A DNA stretch of 64,000 nt, taken from assembly GCA_045105515.1 (NCBI GenBank), contig JBGCDR010000045.1, forward strand, positions 1 to 64,000. The letters are read 5' to 3'. This DNA is from Oligoflexales bacterium (GTDB taxonomy: Bacteria; Bdellovibrionota_B; Oligoflexia; Oligoflexales; Bog-1112). Made by a program: the position numbers and the translations under genes. The first letter of the stretch is position 1. Every line of letters begins with the position of its first letter. Under the pieces are notes generated by a model. It saw nothing but the letters and a program-made list of their open reading frames with translations. It made no database searches and was not told the DNA's origin. This document shows, one piece after another, positions 20,333-30,199 of this stretch.

Positions 20333-21853
20333 ATGGCCAAGAATGCACGCAATGCTATCTCACCTTCTCGAGCTGAGAACTATCCAGAATGGTATCAGCA
20401 AGTTATAAAGGCTGCTGATTTGGCGGAAAATGCTCCCGTACGTGGATGCATGGTTATAAAACCGTGGGGGTTTGGAATTTGGGAATTAATGCAGCGTGCT
20501 CTCGATGATATGATTAAGGCAACTGGTCATGTAAATGCTTGCTTCCCTTTGCTAATCCCACTTAGTTTTTTGGAAAAGGAAGCCACTCATGTTGAAGGCT
20601 TTGCTAAAGAATGTGCCGTAGTCACTCATCATCGTCTAGAGGGTGATGGGCAAGGCGGACTTAAGCCTGCAGGTGAATTAGAAGAACCTTATGTGATAAG
20701 GCCAACGAGCGAAACGATTATAGGGCATTCCTATTCGAAGTGGGTCCAATCTTATCGAGACTTGCCAATACTTATTAACCAATGGGCAAATGTTATGCGC
20801 TGGGAAATGCGCACTAGAATTTTCTTGCGAACCTCTGAGTTTTTTTGGCAAGAGGGTCATACAGTCCATGCTACCGCTGAAGAAGCTCAGGAAGAGACCT
20901 TGAAGATGCTTGATGTTTATGAAGACTTTGCGGAAAATTGGCTTGCGGTCCCTGTCTTCAAAGGTCTTAAAACCCCAGACGAACGATTCCCTGGTGCTGA
21001 AGAAACCTATTCTATTGAAGCATTGATGCAAGATGGAAAAGCTCTTCAGGCAGGAACATCTCATTTTTTGGGCCAAAATTTTGCCAAGGCGTCTGATATC
21101 TCTTTTCTTGATCAAGAAGGAAACAGTCAATTTGCATGGACCACTTCTTGGGGGGTATCTACTCGTCTGATGGGGGCCTTGATTATGACTCATAGTGATG
21201 ATGATGGTTTGGTTTTGCCTCCTCGCATAGCACCTTTTCATATTGTCATTCTACCAATTTATAAAAATGCGGAAGACAGAGCTCGAGTTCTTGAGTTTTG
21301 TCATTCCTTGAACAGGGACTTGATAGCACAAAGATTTAATCATGTACCTCTCCGAGTTAGCATAGATGATCGTGATATCCGAGGAGGAGAAAAATCTTGG
21401 CAAAACATTAAAAAAGGGGTTCCTATCCGCCTTGAAGTTGGTCCACGGGATGTGGATAAAAATTCTGTATTTATGGGAAGAAGGGATCGGGCCCCTAAAG
21501 ACAAGGTTTCGATGACTGTGAAACAACTTATTAGTGAAGTGTGCAGCATTTTAGAAACTATGCAGAATGAGCTTTTGCTTAAAGCAAAAGAGTTTAGGAC
21601 AAAAAATACTAAAGTTATAGATAATATCGAGGAATTTGAAGACTTCTTTAGTGCTAGTGATGCCTCTCTTCAAGCTGGATTTGCTTTATGTCACTGGAAT
21701 GAAGCAGCTATAGGACATTCTTTGCTGACAAAATACAAAGTGAGTCCACGCTGCATACCATTTGATAGCCCAGAATTCCCCCCAGAGGCAGGAAGGTGTT
21801 TATTCACTGGTAAAGAAAGTAGAAAACGTATCGTATTCGCTAAGTCATATTAA
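20333..21853 (+). CDS. proS: proline--tRNA ligase, archaeal/eukaryotic-type
   Basis: VRGCMVIKPWG, HVEGFAKEC, RPTSET, FLRTSEFFWQEGHT, QAGTSHFLGQNF, ends FAKSY. Confidence 0.95.
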   Translation: MAKNARNAISPSRAENYPEWYQQVIKAADLAENAPVRGCMVIKPWGFGIWELMQRALDDMIKATGHVNACFPLLIPLSFLEKEATHVEGFAKECAVVTHHRLEGDGQGGLKPAGELEEPYVIRPTSETIIGHSYSKWVQSYRDLPILINQWANVMRWEMRTRIFLRTSEFFWQEGHTVHATAEEAQEETLKMLDVYEDFAENWLAVPVFKGLKTPDERFPGAEETYSIEALMQDGKALQAGTSHFLGQNFAKASDISFLDQEGNSQFAWTTSWGVSTRLMGALIMTHSDDDGLVLPPRIAPFHIVILPIYKNAEDRARVLEFCHSLNRDLIAQRFNHVPLRVSIDDRDIRGGEKSWQNIKKGVPIRLEVGPRDVDKNSVFMGRRDRAPKDKVSMTVKQLISEVCSILETMQNELLLKAKEFRTKNTKVIDNIEEFEDFFSASDASLQAGFALCHWNEAAIGHSLLTKYKVSPRCIPFDSPEFPPEAGRCLFTGKESRKRIVFAKSY

Positions 21854-21886
21854 CAAAGTTGTGAATCTTGCTCAGGAGCTCTCGCA

Positions 21887-22624
21887 ATGAAACAAGGTAA
21901 AAAAACAATTTTCACCATAAGTATTGTTCTTTCTTTTCTAACGCTTGCAGGCCTAGGCCTACTAATAAGCCTTAGTGGCAGCCAAACTCAAGTACCTTCT
22001 AGGGAGGCACTTGCTGATGTTTGGCAGGAAGTTTACGAGTTATACCAAAAAGATGATTATCAGGAGGCTGAGGCCAAACTATATCCTCACTGGGAAGAGT
22101 TTCCTAGTCTGGAGAATGGTTGCGAACTTATGGTTTCGGTATTTGCAGAGGCTAAAAATATTGAAGCATTAGAACTAGCCTCCAAAAAGTGTATCGAATT
22201 GGAAAAAGGTGGAGACACCATTATTGAGGGTTTAGCCTATAGCTTATCCTTTCAGGGTAAAATTCATGATGGGATAAAGCGACTTGAATATCTTAAAGGA
22301 AGCCAATCTACCCCTCGTCTATTAGTTGCTTTGTCTAGGCTCCATTTAATGATAGGTGAGGATGAGCAAGCAAGAAGCCTCTATCTAGAGGCGATAAGGG
22401 ATGCAGATGTTTGGTCTATGTGGGTGAGTTATGCCCTTAAAGTACCAATATTTGGAGATAACCTGAATTTTATAGAAGATGTGATCAGTATTGTAGTAAG
22501 CAAACCTCATGTGCATGAACAGGTGGAGATGCTTTTGCTAGATAAAGCTGACAGACTTAAAGACAAATTGATATATAAGCAGTTGGCAAAGAGAATCGGG
22601 CATAAAAATATGCACAATAGCTAG
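21887..22624 (+). CDS. membrane-anchored helical/TPR-like hypothetical protein
   Basis: N-terminal TM; TPR-like LSRLHLMIGEDEQARSLY. Confidence 0.5.
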   Translation: MKQGKKTIFTISIVLSFLTLAGLGLLISLSGSQTQVPSREALADVWQEVYELYQKDDYQEAEAKLYPHWEEFPSLENGCELMVSVFAEAKNIEALELASKKCIELEKGGDTIIEGLAYSLSFQGKIHDGIKRLEYLKGSQSTPRLLVALSRLHLMIGEDEQARSLYLEAIRDADVWSMWVSYALKVPIFGDNLNFIEDVISIVVSKPHVHEQVEMLLLDKADRLKDKLIYKQLAKRIGHKNMHNS

Positions 22625-22641
22625 GCGTGTAGGGCTTTATC

Positions 22642-23601
22642 ATGCAAGAAAAGAAATCTCTGAATTTTAAGCTAGAGCAAACATTACTCCGTGCAAATGA
22701 AAAAATAGTTGATCAAGATTTTCTGCGCACAAGTTTCTTTATACTTCCATGCAACGATGGGGAAGCAAAGCGTTCCTGTGACATCCTGCTGGGCTTAAAA
22801 GCTCCGTTTATTCATATAAGTCGGCAAAGTTGGGGGGCTACCCTAGATAAAGAGTGGTCCAAGATTTCATGGAACCACCCAAACAGCATTAAAAGGGTGC
22901 TTATTTTCGAAATGCCAGGCCAGAGAAGTGTAGGTTCTGAGATTGAGCTTGAGAGCAACATTGAAAATATGGGGCTAGAGCTAAAAATTATAGACCATCA
23001 TTATTATCGATGGGTTAATCGTTATCAGCAAAAAAGTTCTCTAGAACAGTTGTGTGAAAGTATAAATTGGCCACTTGATTGGACAGACAAGGCAATTGCA
23101 GTAAATGATCGTTCTTACATTCCTGGGATGAAGCAGCTTGGTTTAAGCCAAGATGAAATTATTCAGGTTAGAACATACGACCTCAAGGCTCAGGGATTCA
23201 AACCAGATTACATAGCAGGGCAGATGGCAAAGGCTCCGGAAGTCATTGAACAGTTGCAAAATCAAAAGCGTGGAGACCTTTGGGTTCTGCAAGGAGCTCC
23301 CCTTGAACGTATTTTTATATTGCAGGAGCTTGCACTCCAGAGCCCGTCAGGTTTGAGCCATGTTTTGGAAATAGGGCCTAAAAAATTGAGTTTCTCTGGA
23401 TCACCTCAGGTTGTTAACTGCCTCCTTGGACTTGATTACACAAAGTTTGGGTTTGCAAAGGGCTATACCTGTTATGGAGGTGGAGATGATAGCTTTTCAA
23501 AATTTTGGGGGTTTAGACCACGCTATTCGCACGAGTCGATCAGAAAAAATTTCGTAGAAGAAATGCTTTTACACATTGGCAATGAAATTAAGGTAACTTG
23601 A
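22642..23601 (+). CDS. DHH-family phosphoesterase resembling CRISPR-associated NrN
   Basis: CNDGE, SWGATL, IFEMP, IIDHH, SSLEQ, AVNDRSYIPGM, EIIQVRTYDLKAQG, YGGG...FWG; order and spacing match NrN as I recall it. Confidence 0.55.
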   Translation: MQEKKSLNFKLEQTLLRANEKIVDQDFLRTSFFILPCNDGEAKRSCDILLGLKAPFIHISRQSWGATLDKEWSKISWNHPNSIKRVLIFEMPGQRSVGSEIELESNIENMGLELKIIDHHYYRWVNRYQQKSSLEQLCESINWPLDWTDKAIAVNDRSYIPGMKQLGLSQDEIIQVRTYDLKAQGFKPDYIAGQMAKAPEVIEQLQNQKRGDLWVLQGAPLERIFILQELALQSPSGLSHVLEIGPKKLSFSGSPQVVNCLLGLDYTKFGFAKGYTCYGGGDDSFSKFWGFRPRYSHESIRKNFVEEMLLHIGNEIKVT

Positions 23602-23620
23602 ACCTAAACTAGGAGGGCTT

Positions 23621-24943
23621 ATGGATGAAATAGCATTGTTTAAAGAACACCTGAGGGAACGAGTCGCAAGTTGTGGTGAGGCTCTCGAAGAGCTCCTAAT
23701 ACCTGGGGTCGTTATCAGTGCGGGAATACCCTTTACCTACTTTGCAGATGACCAAGATGCACCGTTTGTCACAAATCCACATTTTTCTCATTGGTGCCCA
23801 CAGCAAGGGCCTTATCATCTACTAATATTTTCGCCTAACAAGAAACCAAAGCTACTACGACACGCTCCAAAGGACTTTTGGTATGACCATAGCCCAAGTC
23901 TTGAAACCTTTTGGCAGTCAGAGTTTGAAATTGAAGAGTTTAATTCCAAGGACGAAATATGGGATCAGCTTGCTCACCATAAGGGCTTTGCATTCATTGG
24001 TCCAGAGGCAGAAAAAGCTCAAGAAAAGAATTTAAAGCCCAATCCGAAAGCTTTCGTTGCCCGCATGGACTGGCTAAGAGGACTTAAAAGTGATTATGAA
24101 CTTAGCAATATATCTATCGCAAATAAGATGGCAGCTAAGGCTCATGGGGCTGCGCGCCAAGCGTTTGCAGATGGGGGCTCGGAGCTTCAAGTCCAACAGG
24201 CATATATGCAAGAGCTTGGCTGTCAAGAATGTGAACTCCCCTATCATAATATTGTAGGCCTCAATGAAAAAGCCGCTGTGCTACATTATCAGTTCAAACG
24301 CAAAGATTCTAAAGGACAAGTCCTCTTGATCGATGCCGGTGCGAGGTATCTAGGTTATGCCTCTGATATTACAAGGACTTATGCGCTTCAAGTGGTTCCT
24401 GGGCCCTTCAAGGATCTCTTAAAGGGCATGGAGCAACTGCAGCAAGAGCTTTGTGGATTGATTTTACCTAATGTTTCTTATCTGCATCTCCATGAGCAGG
24501 CGCATATTAAGATATCTGAACTCTTGATTAAAACCGGTCTTGTCAAGGACATGCAGGTTGATGAATTAATTACTACAGGAATTAGTAAAGCATTTTTCCC
24601 CCATGGTTTAGGTCATATGCTTGGATTACAAGTCCATGATGTTTCAGGGCTCCAAAAAAATGCAGAAGGCGATCCGTGTGATCCAAGTTCCCGCTTTCCA
24701 ACGCTACGTGCAGCTAGAGATCTGCGTGCAAGGGAAGTTATCACTGTCGAGCCTGGATTATACTTTATCCCAATGCTTTTGAACCCTCTAAGGGAAGATA
24801 AGCGGGCTGCTAATCTTAATTGGAAGATGATTGATGCGCTAATTCCTTACGGAGGGATTCGCATAGAGGATAATATTTTCATCCAAGAAGGTTCCCCAAA
24901 AAATATAACCCGCGAATTCTTAGGTAATGATTTTCTGATATAG
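23621..24943 (+). CDS. pepQ: Xaa-Pro dipeptidase (prolidase)
   Basis: DDQDAPF..NPHF, AAVLHY, LIDAGA..GYASDITRT, PHGLGHMLGLQVHDV, TVEPGLYFI, GGIRIEDN. Confidence 0.92.
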   Translation: MDEIALFKEHLRERVASCGEALEELLIPGVVISAGIPFTYFADDQDAPFVTNPHFSHWCPQQGPYHLLIFSPNKKPKLLRHAPKDFWYDHSPSLETFWQSEFEIEEFNSKDEIWDQLAHHKGFAFIGPEAEKAQEKNLKPNPKAFVARMDWLRGLKSDYELSNISIANKMAAKAHGAARQAFADGGSELQVQQAYMQELGCQECELPYHNIVGLNEKAAVLHYQFKRKDSKGQVLLIDAGARYLGYASDITRTYALQVVPGPFKDLLKGMEQLQQELCGLILPNVSYLHLHEQAHIKISELLIKTGLVKDMQVDELITTGISKAFFPHGLGHMLGLQVHDVSGLQKNAEGDPCDPSSRFPTLRAARDLRAREVITVEPGLYFIPMLLNPLREDKRAANLNWKMIDALIPYGGIRIEDNIFIQEGSPKNITREFLGNDFLI

Positions 24944-25050
24944 CTAGGAAATAATTTCCTATGTCACCTTGTGCCTATTGTTCTGAGCAGATTTTCCCTA
25001 GAAAATAGTGAATGGGTTAACTTCTTAGAACATAGAAATGAGGTTTTGCG

Positions 25051-26031
25051 TTGAATCAGGTTCTTTCACAAAGCGAAGTTGATGCGCTACTTTCAGCAGT
25101 ATCAGATAATAAAGTTGATGTGGATGACGGTCTCGGTGGTGGTGAAGATCTTGGAGGAGTTGTCCAATATGATCTTGCCAATCAAGATAGAATTATCAGA
25201 GGCCGACTTCCTACCTTGGATATTATCCATGATCGATTTATACGTTTATTTCGGGTAACTTTATCAAATGGCCTTCGGAAAATGGCAAACCTTAGTGTCA
25301 ACTCGACGGGGCCTCTCAAATTTTCAGAATTTATGAACTCGCTCCCTCTGCCTTCTTGCCTTAACATCCTCAGGCTTGATCCACTCAGGGGTGCAGCAAT
25401 TATGGTAATCGAATCGAAATTACTATATGCCCTCGTAGATAGTTTTTTCGGAGGAAACGACGTTCCCTATACGAAAATTGAGGGAAAAGACTTTACTCAG
25501 ATCGAGATTAAGATTGCTCGCAAGGTAGTTCTCTCTGCATTGGATGACCTTGAAAAAGCATGGGAACCAGTTTACCCTTTGAAGATTGGCTATTCCAGAA
25601 CTGAAATCAATCCTCAGTTTGTGGCAGTTGTTCCTCCCTCAGATGTAGTGATAGCAACTACCTTTGATGTGGAACTGGAAAAAGTCTCAGGAACCATAAA
25701 AATAGTTATACCTTACGCCACGCTGGAGCCAATTAAATCAAAACTATCAGTGGGATTCCAAAGTGAGCAGTTAGAGGTGGATCATATTTGGATTAACAGG
25801 ATCAAGGAGCAAATAATGATCACCACGGTCAACCTGTTAGTCAAACTTGGGGAAGCTAATATTGATGTCAACGACCTAATAAACTTAGGAATCGGAGATA
25901 TTATTCAGCTCGATCATGATGCAACGACAGCTTTAGAGGTCTTGGTTGAAGGTTGTGCAAAGTTCCGTTGCATTCCCGGAGTTCTAAAAGGGCAAAGAGC
26001 TGTTAAAATCATGGAGTCCCTATCTGATTGA
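25051..26031 (+). CDS. fliM: flagellar motor switch protein FliM
   Basis: VLSQSEVDALL CheY-binding peptide, RIIRGRLPTL, EINPQF, IPYATLEPIK, C-terminal SPOA; TTG start. Confidence 0.95.
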   Translation: MNQVLSQSEVDALLSAVSDNKVDVDDGLGGGEDLGGVVQYDLANQDRIIRGRLPTLDIIHDRFIRLFRVTLSNGLRKMANLSVNSTGPLKFSEFMNSLPLPSCLNILRLDPLRGAAIMVIESKLLYALVDSFFGGNDVPYTKIEGKDFTQIEIKIARKVVLSALDDLEKAWEPVYPLKIGYSRTEINPQFVAVVPPSDVVIATTFDVELEKVSGTIKIVIPYATLEPIKSKLSVGFQSEQLEVDHIWINRIKEQIMITTVNLLVKLGEANIDVNDLINLGIGDIIQLDHDATTALEVLVEGCAKFRCIPGVLKGQRAVKIMESLSD

Positions 26032-26131
26032 ACCTTCCTGCAATATAATTTCTGAAAAATGTTTATAGAATCATCTAATTGATTTGTGGCATATTAGCCC
26101 CTTACAACAGTGACGTTAAGGGGTGAAGTGT

Positions 26132-27613
26132 ATGACTGGTATGAATACAGAAAAGGTTTTTAGACAAGGTTTAACTTACGATGATGTTTTAATAGTTCCA
26201 GCTCACTCTCAGGTGCTTCCGCAAGAAACCAATCTTAGAAGCCGTTTTTCAAGAAATATTTTCTTAAACGTTCCTTTAGTTTCAGCTGCCATGGATACGG
26301 TAACTGAAGCTAGGGCTGCGATTGTTATGGCCCGTGAAGGGGGTATCGGAGTTGTCCATAAAAACATGGGCCTAGAAAACCAGGCTGCCGAGGTAAAAGC
26401 TGTTAAAAAGTCGGAAAGTGGCATGATCACTGATCCTATTTGTGTTGAGCCAACTCAAACCGTAGGTGATGTTCTAGCTTTAATGGGTCATCATAATATA
26501 TCGGGCTTGCCTGTTCTCGATCAAAATCGCTTGGTGGGAATTGTGACGGGAAGGGATATAAGCTTTGAGATTAACCTGACTAAGTCAGTGAAAGATGTGA
26601 TGACGAAGGAAGTTGTAACCGCTGTCGAAGGCACTTCCTTAGAGGAAGCTGTAGAAATCCTACACAAACATCGTATTGAAAAATTGCCAGTTTTGGCTCG
26701 TGGTAGTCAGTCTTTGGTAGGAATGTTTACCATAAAAGATATTGAAAAGGCTAGACGCCACCCTTTTGCCTCTAAGGACTCAAAGGGACGATTGATGGTT
26801 GCAGCAGCAGTTGGCGCACGTGGGGACTATCTCGAGAGAACTGAAGCGCTCCTTGCAGAGGGGGTCGATGCACTTGTTGTCGATACAGCTCATGGTCATA
26901 GCCAATTGGTCTTGGATGCTGTTAAAAAAATCAAACAAAATTTTAAATCCCAAACTTTTGATTTACTTGGTGGCAATATTGCCACAGCTGATGCCTGTCA
27001 GGCTCTGGTTGAGGCTGGAGCAGATGGAGTTAAAGTAGGAATTGGGCCTGGAAGCATTTGTACGACTCGTATTGTGGCTGGGATTGGAGTTCCACAATTT
27101 ACAGCTGTTCTTGATTGTGCAAGGGCAGGTAAGAGGCTTGGGATTCCAGTGATCGCAGACGGGGGCATCAAGTATTCAGGTGATGTTGTAAAAGCTCTGG
27201 CAGCTGGAGCTTCAGCAGTGATGATCGGTAGCTTATTTGCTGGTACCGATGAAACCCCTGGTGAAATGGTGATTTATCAAGGAAAAAGTTATAAAACTTA
27301 TCGAGGTATGGGAAGTATAGGAGCTATGGTAGGGGGCAGTAAGGATCGTTACTTTCAATCAGAAGTCGACGAGCAGGGAAAGCTGGTACCAGAAGGAATA
27401 GAAGGTCGAGTTCCCTATAAAGGCCCTTTAAGTCAAAGCATATTTCAAATGGTAGGTGGTATTCGTGCAGCTATGGGATATATAGGTGCAGAGCATGTTG
27501 AGTCGCTACAGGAAAAAGCGGAATTTATGAGAATCTCTCCTTCTGGCCTAAGGGAAAGTCACGCCCACGATGTGTTTATTACTAGAGAAGCTCCCAACTA
27601 TAAAATGGACTAA
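26132..27613 (+). CDS. guaB: IMP dehydrogenase
   Basis: [18 protein letters not shown] pair, [36 protein letters not shown]. Confidence 0.97.
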   Translation: MTGMNTEKVFRQGLTYDDVLIVPAHSQVLPQETNLRSRFSRNIFLNVPLVSAAMDTVTEARAAIVMAREGGIGVVHKNMGLENQAAEVKAVKKSESGMITDPICVEPTQTVGDVLALMGHHNISGLPVLDQNRLVGIVTGRDISFEINLTKSVKDVMTKEVVTAVEGTSLEEAVEILHKHRIEKLPVLARGSQSLVGMFTIKDIEKARRHPFASKDSKGRLMVAAAVGARGDYLERTEALLAEGVDALVVDTAHGHSQLVLDAVKKIKQNFKSQTFDLLGGNIATADACQALVEAGADGVKVGIGPGSICTTRIVAGIGVPQFTAVLDCARAGKRLGIPVIADGGIKYSGDVVKALAAGASAVMIGSLFAGTDETPGEMVIYQGKSYKTYRGMGSIGAMVGGSKDRYFQSEVDEQGKLVPEGIEGRVPYKGPLSQSIFQMVGGIRAAMGYIGAEHVESLQEKAEFMRISPSGLRESHAHDVFITREAPNYKMD

Positions 27614-27663
27614 TTTTTCCGAACGATCATGTTGTAAGACAAACAGAGTTCAGGAGTCTTAAA

Positions 27664-29232
27664 TTGACATATATTAAAGGTAGCAGACCTTCCGACCATG
27701 GAATCTTAATTTGTGATTATGGTTCTCAATATACCCTACTTATTGCTCGTAAGCTTCGCGAGATTGGAGTCTACGCTGAAGTGATAGATGGTATTAGTGA
27801 AGAGACACCCCATGATTTTGAGTGTATTGGCATCATCCTATCTGGAGGGCCTGATAGCGTCATGGAAAGTGAAGCTAGATTGTTACCAGAATGGGTATTA
27901 AAAAGTGAAAAACCGGTGTTAGGAATTTGTTATGGTATGCAGCTCCTAGTAAACGCTCTTGGTGGAAAAGTTAGACTTGGCAAAAAAAGAGAGTATGGGA
28001 AGGCACACATCCATGCCACAGGCCAGTTTGGTAAAGAAGAACTGTTAGCGAGCCTTCCAGCGCGACAGACAGTTTGGATGAGTCATGGGGATGATGTGGA
28101 GTTGCTTCCTGAAGGTTTTGCAGCTTTTGCTTATACGGAAGATGAAGTTGTATGCGGCATTGCTCATGAAGAGATGCCTTATCTGGGCCTCCAGTTTCAT
28201 CCAGAAGTGCTGCATACTGAGCATGGTAGTGGTATTTTAAAAAACTTCGTTCAGAACCTGTGCCATTATCCTTGTGACTGGAATGCTCCTTGCATGATTT
28301 CAGGCTTAAGTAAGCAGATCTGTGATACTGTTCAAGATGGAAAAGTATTGCTTGCGGTATCTGGGGGTGTGGATTCTTCCGTTGCTGCTTTGTTACTAAC
28401 TAAAGCTCTTAAGGTTGATCAGGTTGTTTGTGTTTTAGTAGACCATGGTTTGATGCGAAAAAATGAGGTTATCCAGGTCTCGGAAAGCCTCCGAAAATTA
28501 GGCTTGAAGCTTGAAGTCTTGGAATGTTCGGAGCTTTATTTCAATGCTTTGGCTGGTGTAACAGATCCAGAAGAAAAAAGGAAAATTATAGGAAAGTTGT
28601 TTATTGAGGTTTTTGAGGGGTTTGCGAAAAAAGGAGAGGGTTATACTCATCTAGGACAAGGAACCTTGTATTCAGATGTAATAGAATCTGCAGGGCACGG
28701 ATCTGGTGCAAAAGTAATAAAAAGTCATCACAATGTTGGTGGACTGCCTGAACGCTTGCACTTGCATCTTGTGGAGCCATTTCGTTTTTTATTTAAGGAT
28801 GAAGTTCGAGTCTTAGGAAAAGCTTTAGGCCTCCCCGAGGTCCTGCTTAACCGTCACCCTTTTCCTGGTCCGGGCTTAGGGATTCGTATTCCCGGGGAAG
28901 TGACACAAGAGAAGGCCAGTGTTTTGCAGCTAGCAGATGAAATATTTGTTGATTGCCTTCATGACGAAGGTTATTACGACAAGGTTTGGCAAGCTGCAAC
29001 GATCCTCCTCCCGGTTAAGTCCGTTGGGGTCATGGGTGACAATAGAACCTATCAGTGGACTTGTGTTTTACGGGCTGTGACTGGCACCGACGCCATGACA
29101 GCAAAGCCGGCAGAATTGCCGCTTAGCTTCCTTGAAATGGTAGCTAGCAAGATTGTCGGGCAGGTAAATGGAATTAATCGGGTCTTGTATGATGTGACTA
29201 GTAAGCCCCCAGCGACGATTGAATGGGAATAA
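27664..29232 (+). CDS. guaA: GMP synthase (glutamine-hydrolysing)
   Basis: DYGSQY, GICYGMQ, QFHPEV, SGGVDS, IKSHHNVGGLP, HPFPGPGLG, KPPATIEWE. Confidence 0.97.
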   Translation: MTYIKGSRPSDHGILICDYGSQYTLLIARKLREIGVYAEVIDGISEETPHDFECIGIILSGGPDSVMESEARLLPEWVLKSEKPVLGICYGMQLLVNALGGKVRLGKKREYGKAHIHATGQFGKEELLASLPARQTVWMSHGDDVELLPEGFAAFAYTEDEVVCGIAHEEMPYLGLQFHPEVLHTEHGSGILKNFVQNLCHYPCDWNAPCMISGLSKQICDTVQDGKVLLAVSGGVDSSVAALLLTKALKVDQVVCVLVDHGLMRKNEVIQVSESLRKLGLKLEVLECSELYFNALAGVTDPEEKRKIIGKLFIEVFEGFAKKGEGYTHLGQGTLYSDVIESAGHGSGAKVIKSHHNVGGLPERLHLHLVEPFRFLFKDEVRVLGKALGLPEVLLNRHPFPGPGLGIRIPGEVTQEKASVLQLADEIFVDCLHDEGYYDKVWQAATILLPVKSVGVMGDNRTYQWTCVLRAVTGTDAMTAKPAELPLSFLEMVASKIVGQVNGINRVLYDVTSKPPATIEWE

Positions 29233-29314
29233 TATAATTATCTGAAATTAGTGTTTTTTTGTCGAATTAGAACCCTCCAAGTTATTATTTTTCCCCTGCT
29301 TTTTGCTTATCCAT

Positions 29315-29342
29315 TAAAGATAATAGGAAAAATTGCCGAATA
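29315..29342 (+). promoter_or_regulatory. putative sigma28-type promoter
   Basis: TAAA-N16-GCCGAATA. Confidence 0.5.
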
Positions 29343-29358
29343 TATAATTAATGTATGG

Positions 29359-29461
29359 GGGTAATTACCCATCTTCACCAAGCCTCCTCCGAAAAGGGGA
29401 AGGCAAGTACTTTCTCAAGGGAGAGGAGTGCGAAACCTTATCCTGAGAGACAAGGTGGGAT
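29359..29461 (+). ncRNA. candidate structured leader RNA (three tandem hairpins, possible 4-way junction)
   Basis: GC-rich island in AT-rich spacer; hairpins at 29382-29404, 29407-29431 and 29435-29456; 12-bp palindrome GGGTAATTACCC at 29359-29370. Confidence 0.45.
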
Positions 29462-29478
29462 TCATTCAAGGAAGGATC

Positions 29479-29694
29479 ATGAACAATCCACAACAGGCAA
29501 ACAAAACCAATTCGAATCAGATCATGGAAGATGATTTCTATATTACAAAATCGAGTAAGCCTATTGCACTAAGTGGAAATGATGTGCATAGAGCTTTTCT
29601 CTACGCTAAACAGTCCAAAACCCATGATGCTGAATTCAATGAATATCTGACAGTGATGGGTGAACATGCAAAAAAGTTTAACTTGGAAAGATAG
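29479..29694 (+). CDS. small protein, weakly like the C-terminal half of a DUF1778/TacA antitoxin
   Basis: ATG 29479 after AAGGAAGGA; PIALSGNDVHRAF resembles the IxLSxxDxxxF element; overlaps the downstream GNAT-like gene. Confidence 0.45.
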   Translation: MNNPQQANKTNSNQIMEDDFYITKSSKPIALSGNDVHRAFLYAKQSKTHDAEFNEYLTVMGEHAKKFNLER

Positions 29695-30199
29695 CTTTGA
29701 TGTAGTCTCACCGACTGATTATCAAACGCTATCAGATTTAAACTTCAGATCTCCTTTCCTAGATTATCAGGATTATTTCAAGAATAAACTGATAAACTGT
29801 CGAAATACCAACAGGCAAATTAGTGCAATTGTAAGATTCAACCAAAGCCAAATCTGTGGTTATTTTACTATCAAACTCATAGATTTACCTCAAATTTCCC
29901 TTGGTGAGAACTTTCCTTTGGCACTGCCTCTTAAGGTATGGAATATTGAACGTCTTTGTAAGAATTCAAATCTTATAATTCCGGCTATTGATCAAATGGG
30001 TAAATTATTGCTCGCTCTTGCAATAAGGGCCATGATCGAAACCCAAAAGACTAATGTTGTTGTTATAAACCCGGTGAAATTTTCTGCTGAAACCTTGAAT
30101 AGTTTTAAATCCCTGGGATTTCGCAGTTTGGGGAACAAAAACCTGCTTTTTTATAAACTTCCATTTTCGGTTGCGCCGGAGAAGATACGTGAGAATTAA
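29660..30199 (+). CDS. degenerate GNAT-fold protein similar to AtaT/TacT-type toxins
   Basis: ICGYFTI, LKVWNIERL, MGKLLLALAI, FKSLGF, LLFYKL; canonical Q/RxxGxG acetyl-CoA loop not intact. Confidence 0.55.
   Translation: MNMQKSLTWKDSFDVVSPTDYQTLSDLNFRSPFLDYQDYFKNKLINCRNTNRQISAIVRFNQSQICGYFTIKLIDLPQISLGENFPLALPLKVWNIERLCKNSNLIIPAIDQMGKLLLALAIRAMIETQKTNVVVINPVKFSAETLNSFKSLGFRSLGNKNLLFYKLPFSVAPEKIREN

Noticed and set aside
29380..29460. SAM-I (CTTATC..GAGAG) or c-di-GMP-I (GAAA hairpin) riboswitch
   Set aside because: Only short fragments match; the SAM-I core and the GEMM tetraloop receptor and P1 are absent, so it is kept as an unassigned structure
29428..29478. GTG start extending the small ORF to 88 aa
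   Set aside because: Lies within the hairpins; ATG 29479 has the better ribosome-binding site
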